The notes: generated by a model from the letters alone, not told the origin. 48,706 bases of DNA from Fibrobacteria bacterium (GCA_041746255.1 JBGTHM010000003.1:1-48706), one strand, 5' to 3'; shown: positions 1-9,764, numbered from the stretch's first letter. Program-made: numbers and translations.

Positions 1-2
1 CC

Positions 3-464
3 TACTACCTGCAACAATCCGAACAAGTAAAAGCTTTTGTGGATATCCACACCGCTGTAAGTGACGATGGCCGTCTAAATTATTGCGTTGGCTATATGAT
101 TGAAGGTTTTCCCAAAGTTGATGCCCAAACCCTGGAAACAATTTCACAGCAAATAACACAATTACCGCCATTCGAGGCTTTTTTTAAACCCAGCACGGGA
201 TTCGATCTAACCGGATTGATGCAAGCCTTGGCAGGCCCCATCGTCACCCAAGTGCATGCGGAAATGCCGGTAGCACATTATTGCCCCTGCTCCTTCGAAG
301 GTGTTATGAAGGCATTATCCGGCTTAGGGCGGGAAGAACTCGAGGATATTGTCGATAAAAACGAGGAAACCGAACTTTTTTGCGATTTCTGCCGCCTCCG
401 CTATCTAGCCGGAGTAGACGATATCCGCGGTATTTTAGAAAACCTCAAGGACGACGTAATTTAG
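3..464 (+). CDS. hslO: Hsp33 family redox-regulated chaperone, 3' part (truncated by window edge)
   Basis: Frame is open from base 3 (YYLQQSEQ...). C-terminal zinc-switch motifs CPCS and CDFC are present. Confidence 0.85.
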   Translation, partial: YYLQQSEQVKAFVDIHTAVSDDGRLNYCVGYMIEGFPKVDAQTLETISQQITQLPPFEAFFKPSTGFDLTGLMQALAGPIVTQVHAEMPVAHYCPCSFEGVMKALSGLGREELEDIVDKNEETELFCDFCRLRYLAGVDDIRGILENLKDDVI

Positions 465-672
465 GCCTCCGGAAATCTCCCGCTTCGAATTATTGCTCTA
501 TTTATGTAATTTTGGAGGCTCAGGCCGGGCTTATCCATCGAATCATTCACTTAAAAAGCGCGGCATCGAACGGAAAATTCCGGTCTTTCACTTCCAAACC
601 CGAAAGACCGACCCGTCCCTTAATTTCCGGACTACTTTAGTCTCGACAAGGACGCAATCTAATTCCCGGAGG

Positions 673-1590
673 ATGGGCTTGGTCAACGATTCTCGTACCG
701 TGCTGATTCTTGAACCCGACGACGCGGTTCAGGATGTGGTACGCGACGTCATCATACACCATGACTTGGCCCTGGAAAGCGCTTCCAACGAACAGGATCT
801 CGATCGCCTGATTCAGAAAAACAATACCCTCGCTTTGGCTTTCAATGCAGCCAGTGTGCGCGAAACGCCTTGCGAATTCGTACGGAAAATAAAACTAGTC
901 CATCCCGATCTTCCCGTACTGGTCATTCTCGGTCCTGCTCATAAGGATAAAATGGTCGAACTCCTCCAGGCCGGCGCGTATGGTTGTCTCGAAACCCCGC
1001 TCCAAGCCGAGGATTTGTCCTACATCCTCGTGAAACTCATCGCCAATACCACCGACACTTATAACCCTTTCGCGCTGAATTACGAAGAGCGCCGCATTAT
1101 GATGCCCAATGAGTTTTCTCTCGTCATGCAGGTGGCCAAGAACGTGGTCGACACCACCCTGCCTCCGAACACCCGGCATCGCTACCATATCATCCTGGGT
1201 TTAAGCGAAATCATCAACAACGCCATCGAACACGGGAATCTGGATATCACCTTCGAAGAGAAAAGCACCGCCTTGAAAGCATCCCGCTTTTTCCCTTTGG
1301 CCATCGAACGAGCCAACCTTGAGCCCTATAAAAGTCGCCAAGTTACCATTCAATCGAAAATCTTTCCGCAGGTGGGTCGCATCGAATACCATGTAAGCGA
1401 CGAGGGCGGCGGTTTCGACTGGCGTTCCCTGCCCAACCCACGCGACCGGGAGAACATGCTCAATCGCAACGGACGCGGCATCATGATGGCCCGCTACGCC
1501 TTCGACGAAATGCGCTTCAACGAGGTCGGCAACCAAGTGACCTTAGTCGTCAACCTGAACTTGCCTTATCGCGGACGCAGGGCGCCATGA
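673..1590 (+). CDS. Atypical receiver domain fused to RsbW/SpoIIAB-like HATPase_c (anti-sigma serine kinase-like)
   Basis: N-terminal REC-like pattern (VLILEPDD, PVLVI, GAYGCLETP) and HATPase boxes EIINNAIEHGN, DEGGGF, GRGI. Start is ATG 673 or TTG 679 after GGAGG. Stop overlaps the dnaX start (ATGA). Confidence 0.75.
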   Translation: MGLVNDSRTVLILEPDDAVQDVVRDVIIHHDLALESASNEQDLDRLIQKNNTLALAFNAASVRETPCEFVRKIKLVHPDLPVLVILGPAHKDKMVELLQAGAYGCLETPLQAEDLSYILVKLIANTTDTYNPFALNYEERRIMMPNEFSLVMQVAKNVVDTTLPPNTRHRYHIILGLSEIINNAIEHGNLDITFEEKSTALKASRFFPLAIERANLEPYKSRQVTIQSKIFPQVGRIEYHVSDEGGGFDWRSLPNPRDRENMLNRNGRGIMMARYAFDEMRFNEVGNQVTLVVNLNLPYRGRRAP

Positions 1591-3542
1591 CCTACCTCGT
1601 CATGGCCCGCAAATGGCGGCCCAACACTTTCGAGGAGATGGTAGGACAGGATCATATCGCCGCCACCATCCGCAACGCCATACTGGGCGACCGTATCGCG
1701 CACGCCTACCTGTTTACGGGAACGCGCGGGGTCGGCAAAACCACTTCGGCCCGCATCCTCGCCAAATGCCTGAATTGCGAGACGGGGCCTACGCCCACCC
1801 CCTGCGGAATCTGCAAGAGCTGCACCTCCATCACCCAAGGCAATTCGATGGACGTGCTTGAAGTCGACGGAGCCTCGAATAACAGCGTCGACAACATCCG
1901 TGATTTGCGCGAGCAGGTGAAATACGCGCCCATGCACGGGAAATATAAAGTCTATATCATCGACGAAGTGCACATGCTTACCAAGCAGGCATTCAACGCC
2001 CTGCTCAAAACGCTGGAAGAGCCTCCGCCGCATGTCGTTTTCATTTTCGCCACTACCGAAATCGGCAAGGTGCCCCATACCATCGTATCCCGCGTGCAAC
2101 GTTTCGACTTCAAGCGTATTTCGGAGTCCCAAATCGAAGGAAGGCTGCGATTCGTATGCGGGGAGGAGAATATTTCCGCGGAAAAGACCGCTTTGGAAAT
2201 TCTCGCCCGTAAGGCCGATGGCAGTATGCGCGACGCCTTGAGCCTTTTCGATCAGGTTTTCGCCTATTGCGGCAAGACCATCGGCACGCAAGACGTGGAA
2301 CGCATTCTGGGCATTCCTCCCGAATCCCTTTTCCACGAAATGCTGGAAGCGGTGAAATCCCACGACGTCTCCGCCTGCCTGACCGCCTTGGGTAAGGCTT
2401 ATGAGCAAGGTATCGAATTCACGGAATTGTTGCTCGGCTTCGGCGAATATCTGCGCGATTTGTTTTTCGCCAGGCAGGCGGGCATGACCGCTGCAAGCCT
2501 CGGAACCAGCGAGAAGCGCTTGGAAGCCTTGGCCATCGCGGCGGGTGACCTCAAAGACGGCGATATTCTACGTTATGCCAAAATCGTATCCGACTTGTTG
2601 CAAACCTTGAAATCATCACCTCATCCCCGCCTCGCCGTGGAGATGGGAATGGCGCGCATGGCCAGTCTTGATCGGGTCGTTCTGTTGAACCGGATTCTGC
2701 AAGCAGCCGAAACCCGCGGTACCTCCGAAATTAAAACGAATTCCAAGGATGAAACCGAAGCCGATAAAAAAAAAAATTTGGGTGAAGTCGAACCCTTGAA
2801 CGATACCTCCCGCTGGGAGGAGCCTCCTTTTCCACCAGCGCCCGGGGAGCTTATCGAGCCATCGCCCGCCTCGGTCAACCTTTCCAATTCCCAGACTCCC
2901 TCCCGACACTTTCCCCAACCTGTTTCGCCGGATTACGCTCCCAATGGTCAACGCAAGGCCACAGCCGTTATGTCGGAAACGGAGTTGGATGAAACAGAGG
3001 CAGCGGATTTTCCTGGGGAGGAATCCGAGCTTGAGCCCTTTGCAACCCCTGCTCCCCTCCTTAAGCCTGAAATACCTCCCCCTATCGCCTCGGATGAGCC
3101 GCCTGAAATTAAGTCCCCGGTTTCGCTACACGATTTGGCCCGGAATTGGCCTGGACTCGTCACTGAATTCATGCAATTGCATCCTCTGGTCGGAGCCCAC
3201 CTGCAGTGGACCACGGCACGCTTCGAACCGATGGAAAACAGTGAATCGGGGGAAACGCCCGAATTGGTTATCGCCTTTTCCCAGGCTTCTGCCCATATGC
3301 TTGCGGCCGAAGACGCGGAGTTTCGGAAATCGCTGCATCGATTTTTGCGGGGTAAACTCAGGGAACCCCTGGCTTTTTCCCTATCCTTTCCCCTGGAGGT
3401 TTCTTCGCAGACACTTATGCCACCCGCGTTAAACGACGCATCTCCCAAACGCCTGACTTGGGAAGAATTGGCGCGAAAAGAACCCATCGCCCGTCTCATC
3501 CATGAGATTTTCGAAGGACGCATCATACAAGAACCCCATTGA
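1587..3542 (+). CDS. dnaX: DNA polymerase III subunit gamma/tau
   Basis: ARKWRP, Walker A GTRGVGKTT, Zn-binding cysteines, DEVHML, FNALLKTLEEPP. A Pro/Glu-rich linker precedes a C-terminal domain. Confidence 0.97.
   Translation: MTYLVMARKWRPNTFEEMVGQDHIAATIRNAILGDRIAHAYLFTGTRGVGKTTSARILAKCLNCETGPTPTPCGICKSCTSITQGNSMDVLEVDGASNNSVDNIRDLREQVKYAPMHGKYKVYIIDEVHMLTKQAFNALLKTLEEPPPHVVFIFATTEIGKVPHTIVSRVQRFDFKRISESQIEGRLRFVCGEENISAEKTALEILARKADGSMRDALSLFDQVFAYCGKTIGTQDVERILGIPPESLFHEMLEAVKSHDVSACLTALGKAYEQGIEFTELLLGFGEYLRDLFFARQAGMTAASLGTSEKRLEALAIAAGDLKDGDILRYAKIVSDLLQTLKSSPHPRLAVEMGMARMASLDRVVLLNRILQAAETRGTSEIKTNSKDETEADKKKNLGEVEPLNDTSRWEEPPFPPAPGELIEPSPASVNLSNSQTPSRHFPQPVSPDYAPNGQRKATAVMSETELDETEAADFPGEESELEPFATPAPLLKPEIPPPIASDEPPEIKSPVSLHDLARNWPGLVTEFMQLHPLVGAHLQWTTARFEPMENSESGETPELVIAFSQASAHMLAAEDAEFRKSLHRFLRGKLREPLAFSLSFPLEVSSQTLMPPALNDASPKRLTWEELARKEPIARLIHEIFEGRIIQEPH
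2766..2799 (+). other. Candidate recoding (slippage/frameshift) site in dnaX: A11 run with nearby out-of-frame stops
   Basis: A11 at 2766-2776. TGA at 2783-2785 in the -1 frame and TGA at 2797-2799 in the +1 frame. Confidence 0.7.
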
Positions 3543-3581
3543 TTAACCCTTAAACCCGGTTTAAAGAGGATCCTGAAAACT

Positions 3582-3887
3582 ATGAATATGCAGAAAATGA
3601 TGAAGGAACTGCAGAAAATGCAGAGCAAAATGGGCCGCGTACAGGCTGAAATGGAAAGCACCGTTTTCGAAGCCGAAGCGGGTGGAGGCCTGGTCAAAAT
3701 CGGCATGAATGGAAAATTCCAGATTCAATCCATCAAAATCGCCCCCGAAGTGGTGGACCCGGACGATATCGAAGCCCTGGAAGATTTACTGATGGCCGCC
3801 CTTAATGCCGCGCATGAAAAAGTAGACGCCGAAACCCAGGACAAAATGGGCGGCTTGACCAAGGGCATGGGCCTTCCCGGCCTTTGA
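3582..3887 (+). CDS. ybaB: YbaB/EbfC family nucleoid-associated protein
   Basis: MNMQKMMK..Q, AGGGLVK, DPDDIEALEDL motifs. Usual position after dnaX. Confidence 0.95.
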   Translation: MNMQKMMKELQKMQSKMGRVQAEMESTVFEAEAGGGLVKIGMNGKFQIQSIKIAPEVVDPDDIEALEDLLMAALNAAHEKVDAETQDKMGGLTKGMGLPGL

Positions 3888-3963
3888 TCCCATTACCGAC
3901 AAGGCAGAATAACCGTTATCCACTTCGGTGGCAGAGGCCGTGTTTGCTATTTTAGGGCCGCAT

Positions 3964-4770
3964 ATGGAAATCCTAATCGAAATCCTGAAATTCGTGGTAC
4001 CGGCGGGTTATGCCTATACGGCCTATTTATACGGCCGCCTGTTTTTCTCCGAGGATGAAAACAGGTTTCAGCCCATGGCCCGGGTCGCCTTGGGTGTTAC
4101 CCTGATTTTGCATACGCTTTTTCTGTCCGTGATAGCCGTCCACTTCGGTCGCAGTCCCATGGGCACTACCGGCGAAGGCCTGCTATTCGTGGCCTGGATC
4201 CTGGCCGGGATTCATTTCCTGTCCGAGCGCCTCGCCGATTCGAGTCGCCTGGGAATGTTCACCCTATTACCCACCACTCTCAGCGCATTATTAGCGGCCT
4301 TCCTCTTGCGGCACGATTTGGCCCTGCCCGAAGAATTCCGTACGTCCTTTTTCGTATTCCATATCGTAGCCAGCCTCTCTTCCTACGCCTGCTTCAGCAT
4401 GGCCGCCATTCTGGCTTCGCTCTACCTCATCCTGCACCGCAAGCTGAAAATCAAGCGATTCGATTTGACCTTCCGTAAACTGCCCCCTCTCGATAAGCTC
4501 GACAAGCTCTCTGCCACCTGGTCCATGCTGGGAAGCATCACCATGGTTCTTAGCGCCATTATCGGTTGGTGGTGGGTTCGTCACGCCTCTTTGGACGGAA
4601 TGGGTTTAACCGACCTCAGCATCTATCTGGTTCTCCTGGTCTTTCTGGGAGCGGGCATCTCCCGGCGACTTTTCGCCTTCCGCGGAAGACGGCATGCCAA
4701 GGTAGTGCTGGTAGGCTTCGCGGTATTGCTCATTATCAATCTGTTCGGTACCCATGGCTTCAAATCCTAA
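3964..4770 (+). CDS. Cytochrome c assembly (CcsA)/HemX family membrane protein
   Basis: About 8 hydrophobic segments, conserved His (HTLF, FHIV), KLPPLDKLD motif, directly upstream of hemA. No canonical WWD motif. Confidence 0.8.
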   Translation: MEILIEILKFVVPAGYAYTAYLYGRLFFSEDENRFQPMARVALGVTLILHTLFLSVIAVHFGRSPMGTTGEGLLFVAWILAGIHFLSERLADSSRLGMFTLLPTTLSALLAAFLLRHDLALPEEFRTSFFVFHIVASLSSYACFSMAAILASLYLILHRKLKIKRFDLTFRKLPPLDKLDKLSATWSMLGSITMVLSAIIGWWWVRHASLDGMGLTDLSIYLVLLVFLGAGISRRLFAFRGRRHAKVVLVGFAVLLIINLFGTHGFKS

Positions 4771-6091
4771 ACCCCTCCCCGAGGCCTCGAATAAAGTGAT
4801 CATTCGATCCGCCAAGGATTTGAAACCCATGGTAGTGGGCGTCAACCATTTGACGAGTTCGGTAGCGCTGCGCGACCGTCTCTATTTGGCCGGAGACCAA
4901 TTGACGGGCTTCAACCGCCAGTTGTTGCGGCATGACACAATCCATGAAGCCGTGGTGTTCTCAACCTGTAATCGATCCGAAATCTATCTGGTTACTTCTG
5001 ATCCGCAACGAAGCCGGGCCCTGGTCGAGAGCGCGTGGGGAAGCCTCAAGCAAGTCAGCGAAGACGAAATCCGCAATCACAGTTATTTCCACGTGCAAAC
5101 CGAAGCGCTGCACCACCTCTTTCGGGTCATTGGTTCGCTGGACAGCCTGGTTCTGGGCGAAATGCAGATTTTGGGACAGGTCAAAGAGGCTTATGCGGCC
5201 GCGCTGCAAGCGGGCACCGTGGGTTTTTATTTCAACCGCATCTTCCAATGCGGGATGCGATTGGGAAAGCGCGTACGCAGCGAAACCTCCATCCATGAAG
5301 GAGCGGTGAGTATCGGATATGCCGCGGTGGAATTGGCGAAAAAAGTGCTCGGCGACCTACGGGGGAAAACCGCGGGCATAATCGGAGCCGGAGAAATGGG
5401 TGAATTGACGGCCCAACACCTGCGCAAATCCGGCGTGGATCGCTTCATATTCTTCAATCGCAGCGTGGGATCGGCGGAAAGGCTGGCCGCAGAGTACTCC
5501 GGAGAGATTTGCTCTTTGGACGCCATGGGCGAAAAGTTTCCGGATTGCGACATCGTGGTTTCCGCCACGGGCTCGCCCGATATCGTCGTGCGCAAAACCG
5601 ACGTGCAGGATTCCATGCGCCACCGGCAGGGGCGTCCCTTATTCCTCATCGACATCGCCGCTCCTCGCGACATTGATCCGGACGTGGGCGAAGTTTACAA
5701 CGCCTTTCTCTTTTCCATCGACGATCTCAAGCATGTTATCAACGAGAATGTCGAAATGCGGAAAAATGCCTCGAACAAGGCCAAACTCATCATCGAAGAG
5801 GAAGTCGCCCGGGTCGAATCCTGGCTGGACGGCCTCGATGTGGTTTCCACCATCGTGGACATCCGCAAAAAGTATGAGGAAATGACCGACCGCGAAGTGC
5901 GGAAATGGTCCGTCAACCAAAGTCCGGAAACCCAACGCCAACTTGAAGTGTTAGCCAGGAGCCTGCTGAACAAATTTTTGCATCAGCCTTCCATCATGCT
6001 TAAGGAATTGGGTGAAAGCGGAGAGGGCCCCACGGCCAGCTATTACGCGGCGCGCCTGTTCGCGCTTTCGGAGGAAAATGAAGACGTATAA
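4754..6091 (+). CDS. hemA: Glutamyl-tRNA reductase
   Basis: GVNH, STCNRSEIY, SLDSLVLGEMQILGQVK, GAGEMG, DIAAPRDI. The start could be ATG 4829. Confidence 0.97.
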   Translation: MASNPKPLPEASNKVIIRSAKDLKPMVVGVNHLTSSVALRDRLYLAGDQLTGFNRQLLRHDTIHEAVVFSTCNRSEIYLVTSDPQRSRALVESAWGSLKQVSEDEIRNHSYFHVQTEALHHLFRVIGSLDSLVLGEMQILGQVKEAYAAALQAGTVGFYFNRIFQCGMRLGKRVRSETSIHEGAVSIGYAAVELAKKVLGDLRGKTAGIIGAGEMGELTAQHLRKSGVDRFIFFNRSVGSAERLAAEYSGEICSLDAMGEKFPDCDIVVSATGSPDIVVRKTDVQDSMRHRQGRPLFLIDIAAPRDIDPDVGEVYNAFLFSIDDLKHVINENVEMRKNASNKAKLIIEEEVARVESWLDGLDVVSTIVDIRKKYEEMTDREVRKWSVNQSPETQRQLEVLARSLLNKFLHQPSIMLKELGESGEGPTASYYAARLFALSEENEDV

Positions 6092-7052
6092 CCGGAAAAA
6101 ATTCATCGTGGGGAGCCGTGGCAGCGATTTGGCCCTGACGCAAACACGCCAGGTCATGGCGGCATTGGCGGAAAGCAATCCCGGCGTCGAACTGGAGCTT
6201 CTCATCGTCAAAACCGAAGGGGATCGCGATCAGACCACCAACCTTAGCGCATTTCCCGCCATGGGTGTTTTCGTCAAGGAATTACAAATCGCGCTGCTGG
6301 AACGGCGCATCGATTTGGCCATACATTCCCTCAAAGACGTCCCCGAAGACGAGCCCGAGGGGCTGGTGCTGGCCGCCTTTCCCGAGCGGCAAGACCCTCG
6401 CGACGTATTTATCGGAAAAAAAACCTTTCGAGAGTTGGAAAAAGGCGCGCGGGTAGGTACCGGTTCCCCCCGGCGGGTGCTGCAATTGAAAAAAATGCGC
6501 CCCGACCTGGAATACGTGGCCATCCGCGGCAATGTCGATACCCGTATCAAACAAGTTACCGAGGGGCGCTTGGACGGAACCGTTCTGGCGGCCGCCGGAC
6601 TCAACCGGCTCAATCGCACACAAGACTTTCTGCACAGCTTCTCCTTTTCGGAAATGATTCCCGCCATCGGCCAAGCATCACTTGCGCTGGAATGCAGGGT
6701 TGATGACGACGATTCCCATGCCCTATGCCGCACGCTCAACGACGAGCTGACCGAAGGAGCGGTGGTGATCGAAAGGGATTTCATGCGCCGCGTAGGGGGA
6801 GGCTGCAAGGTTCCCATGGCCGCCCACGTCTATCCCCACGGCGAGGGTTGGCGTATGCTGGCCGTAATGGGAGACCCGCTGAGCGGCAAGCTGGTAAGGG
6901 TGGAGCGTTCCGCCGCCGCCGAGGACGCCGAGGAGATGCTGGAAGAGGTAACTTGGCAGATACTGGAAGCCTGCAAGGCCCAAGGTATTCCCACTCCCCG
7001 GGAATTGCCGGACGGCCATTTGATGGGCGACGGTTCCCGACCGACAGGATGA
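6078..7052 (+). CDS. hemC: Hydroxymethylbilane synthase (porphobilinogen deaminase)
   Basis: GSRGSDLALTQ, HSLKDVP, GTGSPRR, IRGNVDTR, GGCKVP. ATG 6078 follows GGAGG. Confidence 0.97.
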   Translation: MKTYNRKKFIVGSRGSDLALTQTRQVMAALAESNPGVELELLIVKTEGDRDQTTNLSAFPAMGVFVKELQIALLERRIDLAIHSLKDVPEDEPEGLVLAAFPERQDPRDVFIGKKTFRELEKGARVGTGSPRRVLQLKKMRPDLEYVAIRGNVDTRIKQVTEGRLDGTVLAAAGLNRLNRTQDFLHSFSFSEMIPAIGQASLALECRVDDDDSHALCRTLNDELTEGAVVIERDFMRRVGGGCKVPMAAHVYPHGEGWRMLAVMGDPLSGKLVRVERSAAAEDAEEMLEEVTWQILEACKAQGIPTPRELPDGHLMGDGSRPTG

Positions 7053-7840
7053 TTACGGTTCTGAATACGCGGCCGGCGCATCAGGCCGACGGCTTAAGCG
7101 CCGAGCTGGAAGCCGCGGGATTTCTGAGCATCGAGTTGCCCCTGGTGGAGATTCTGCCTGTGGCCGATGCCGGGCACAGACTCGCCTCGCTCACGCCCGA
7201 CGGTTTCCACGGTCTTTTGTTTTCCAGTCCCAATGGGGTGCGCCACTTCACGCGTCTCTTGCGTGAGCATTCGCCATCCACGGCGCCGGGTTCACCGGGT
7301 GCCCCGACTTTGCCAGCCGCCTGGTTTTCCCTGCCGGCACGGCTGGTGGGCCCAGGGGCCGCCCCCGAAGTCGAGAAGGCCGGCGGCCATGTGAGCTTTA
7401 TCCCTTCCCAGGCTTCTCTTTTAGGCCTGCTTACCGAACTGCCGCCTTTGCCACGCCCGGAAAAATGGCTGCATCCCTGTTCGCTTTCGACACGGCTTGA
7501 CCCCAAAGATTTTCTCGCCAAAAAGGCAACAGTGGTGAACCTACCCGTATACCGACCCGCAGCGCCGCCGCGTCTGGGCGAAAGTCTGATCAAAGTCTGG
7601 CCAAAGTTACAAGCGATGGTTTTTTGTTCGGGGTCGGCTGTCGATAACCTTTTTGCAACTGCGCCCGAAATCGCCGTTTCGCTGGAAAAGGCTGAAGGAC
7701 CCCGGGCGGTTTCCATAGGCGCATCCACCACGGCCTCGTTGCAGCGGCACGGCATCGCCACCTCCTTGCAGGCGCAAACCGCCGACGATGCGGGGTTGGT
7801 CAATGCCTTGCGCGGAGCCTATTTTATCAAGTCGCCCTGA
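7049..7840 (+). CDS. hemD: Uroporphyrinogen-III synthase
   Basis: VLNTRP, FSSPNGV, VGP, VY, FCSGSAV, SIGASTTASL. ATGA overlap with the hemC stop. Confidence 0.88.
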   Translation: MITVLNTRPAHQADGLSAELEAAGFLSIELPLVEILPVADAGHRLASLTPDGFHGLLFSSPNGVRHFTRLLREHSPSTAPGSPGAPTLPAAWFSLPARLVGPGAAPEVEKAGGHVSFIPSQASLLGLLTELPPLPRPEKWLHPCSLSTRLDPKDFLAKKATVVNLPVYRPAAPPRLGESLIKVWPKLQAMVFCSGSAVDNLFATAPEIAVSLEKAEGPRAVSIGASTTASLQRHGIATSLQAQTADDAGLVNALRGAYFIKSP

Positions 7841-7864
7841 GTTTTCGGCGACAAAGGAGATCCC

Positions 7865-9139
7865 ATGCCGTCTATTTCCCGTTTTGAAAAAGCCCTGGCT
7901 TGCATACCCGGAGGAGTGAACTCGCCGGTGCGGGCCTTCGGCTCGGTGGGCGGCGATCCCGTTTTCATCCAGTCCGCGCGCGGGCCTTTCCTTTACGATG
8001 CCGACGGCCGCGAGTACGTAGACTTCATCTGTTCCTGGGGACCTATGATTCTGGGTCATGCTTTTCCCCCGGTCATCGAAGCGATTATCGCAGCCGCCCA
8101 ACGCGGCACCAGCTTCGGGGCGGCAACCGAGGCTGAAACGGAAATGGCTGAAACCCTATGCCGGTTCGTGCCCAGCATGGACAAGGTTCGTCTGGTCAAT
8201 TCCGGGACGGAAGCCACCATGAGCGCCGTGCGCCTGGCGCGCGGCGCCACCGGCCGGGATAAAATCATCAAGTTCCGCGGATGTTACCATGGCCACGCCG
8301 ACACTTTCCTCATCGAAGCCGGTTCGGGCGCATTGACGCATGGGCATCCCTCCAGCCCCGGAGTCACTCCCGGAGCCGCGCAGGATACCCTACTGGCCGA
8401 TTATAACGATTTGTCTTCGGTGGATAGCCTCTGCGAAACCTTTCCGGGGAAAATCGCCGCCCTTATCGTGGAACCGGTGGCGGGAAACATGGGTGTGGTG
8501 CCGCCCGCGCCGGGGTTTTTGGAGGGCCTCCGAAAATTATGCGATGAATATGGATGCCTGCTTATCTTCGACGAAATCATCACCGGTTTTCGGCTGGGAC
8601 CAGCCGGAGCGCAAGGACTTTATGGAGTCAAACCCGATTTGACCACTTTGGGCAAGATCATCGGCGGCGGCCTGCCTTTGGCGGCCTATGGTGGAAGGGC
8701 CGATATCATGGACCAATTAAGCCCGCTGGGCCCCGTATATCAAGCGGGCACTTTGTCCGGCAATCCCGTAGCCACGGCGGCGGGCCTGGCTACTCTGACC
8801 GAGTTGGCGAAACCCGGGTTTTACGAGTCTCTCAATTCCAAAGCCGAGCGATGGGAAAAAGATTTGCGCCAAGCCCTGCAGGGATGCAGTGTCCCCTGGC
8901 ACATCAATCGCGTCGGGTCGTTGCTCACCTTGTTTTTCGCACCCCGCAAGGTGGACAGCTATGCTTCGGCGCTTAGTTCCGACACGGCCCGCTACGCCCA
9001 ATTTTTCACTGCGATGCTGGGCCAAGGAATTTACCTGGCCCCTTCGCAATTCGAGGCCACCTTTCTTTCCTCCGCGCATGACGAAACCGTGATGGAGCGC
9101 GCTCTGGCAGCCGTACGCGCATCGATCGAGGGTTGGTAA
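7865..9139 (+). CDS. hemL: Glutamate-1-semialdehyde 2,1-aminomutase
   Basis: PGGVNSPVRAF, NSGTEATM, GCYHGH, FDEIITGFR, LGKIIGGG (PLP lysine), YQAGTLSGNP. Confidence 0.98.
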   Translation: MPSISRFEKALACIPGGVNSPVRAFGSVGGDPVFIQSARGPFLYDADGREYVDFICSWGPMILGHAFPPVIEAIIAAAQRGTSFGAATEAETEMAETLCRFVPSMDKVRLVNSGTEATMSAVRLARGATGRDKIIKFRGCYHGHADTFLIEAGSGALTHGHPSSPGVTPGAAQDTLLADYNDLSSVDSLCETFPGKIAALIVEPVAGNMGVVPPAPGFLEGLRKLCDEYGCLLIFDEIITGFRLGPAGAQGLYGVKPDLTTLGKIIGGGLPLAAYGGRADIMDQLSPLGPVYQAGTLSGNPVATAAGLATLTELAKPGFYESLNSKAERWEKDLRQALQGCSVPWHINRVGSLLTLFFAPRKVDSYASALSSDTARYAQFFTAMLGQGIYLAPSQFEATFLSSAHDETVMERALAAVRASIEGW

Positions 9140-9609
9140 TGCAACGCGAGGAATTCATGCGCCAGGCCATCGCCCTCGCCCTCAAGTCGGCGACATCGGG
9201 GGAAGGCGGGCCTTTCGGGGCGGTGGTGGTCAAAAGCGGCCACATTGTCGCGCAGGGCGTAAACCGCGTCACTTCCAAAAAAGACCCTACGGCCCATGCC
9301 GAAGTGGAGGCCATACGGGAAGCATGCCGGGTACTGGGAACCTTCCAACTTACGGGTTGCGAACTTTACAGCAGTTGCGAGCCCTGCCCCATGTGCCTCG
9401 GAGCGATTTATTGGGCGCGGCCCGATCGTTTTTACTTCGCGGCATCGCGTGAAGACGCGGCCAAAGCCGGATTCGATGACGCCATGCTTTACCGTGAACT
9501 CCCGTTACCGTCGCAGGAACGTTCCCTTCCCGGTGGTGAGTTGCTCCGCGATGAATCGACGGCGCCGTTCGACGCCTGGCGGGAAAATCCCGGTCGGATC
9601 CCCTATTGA
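9139..9609 (+). CDS. Zinc-dependent nucleoside/guanine deaminase (GuaD-like)
   Basis: GGPFGAVV, HAE, CEPCPMC, AGFDD. TAATG overlap with hemL. Confidence 0.88.
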   Translation: MQREEFMRQAIALALKSATSGEGGPFGAVVVKSGHIVAQGVNRVTSKKDPTAHAEVEAIREACRVLGTFQLTGCELYSSCEPCPMCLGAIYWARPDRFYFAASREDAAKAGFDDAMLYRELPLPSQERSLPGGELLRDESTAPFDAWRENPGRIPY

Positions 9610-9764
9610 ATCGCCGGATTCCGGTATCGCCCGACCTCGTTACTGAATTGGGTTTTCTTGGACCGCGAAAAATATTAAAATGATGCTAGGATTCCGCACT
9701 CCGGTAACAACCGGGTTCGAGTCCGTAATCCGTAACGCCAAACGGCAGATAGCAGGACGTCCGC

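Noticed and set aside
1566..2408. Long antisense ORFs (also 2948-3706, 11970-13133, 20085-21185 and many shorter ones)
   Set aside because: They are shadows of well-supported genes on the opposite strand in GC-rich DNA and carry no recognisable motifs.
6725..7048. 108-aa N-terminal extension of the hemD ORF (similar extensions on hemC, icd, queC and the flavoprotein)
   Set aside because: These overlap upstream genes or intergenic DNA. Internal ATGs with an RBS or stop-start overlaps match the family N-termini.
9686..9740. tRNA-like fragment (GGGTTCGAGTCC ... CCA)
   Set aside because: The T-stem pairs for only 2 bp, and no D-arm, anticodon arm or acceptor stem can be built.
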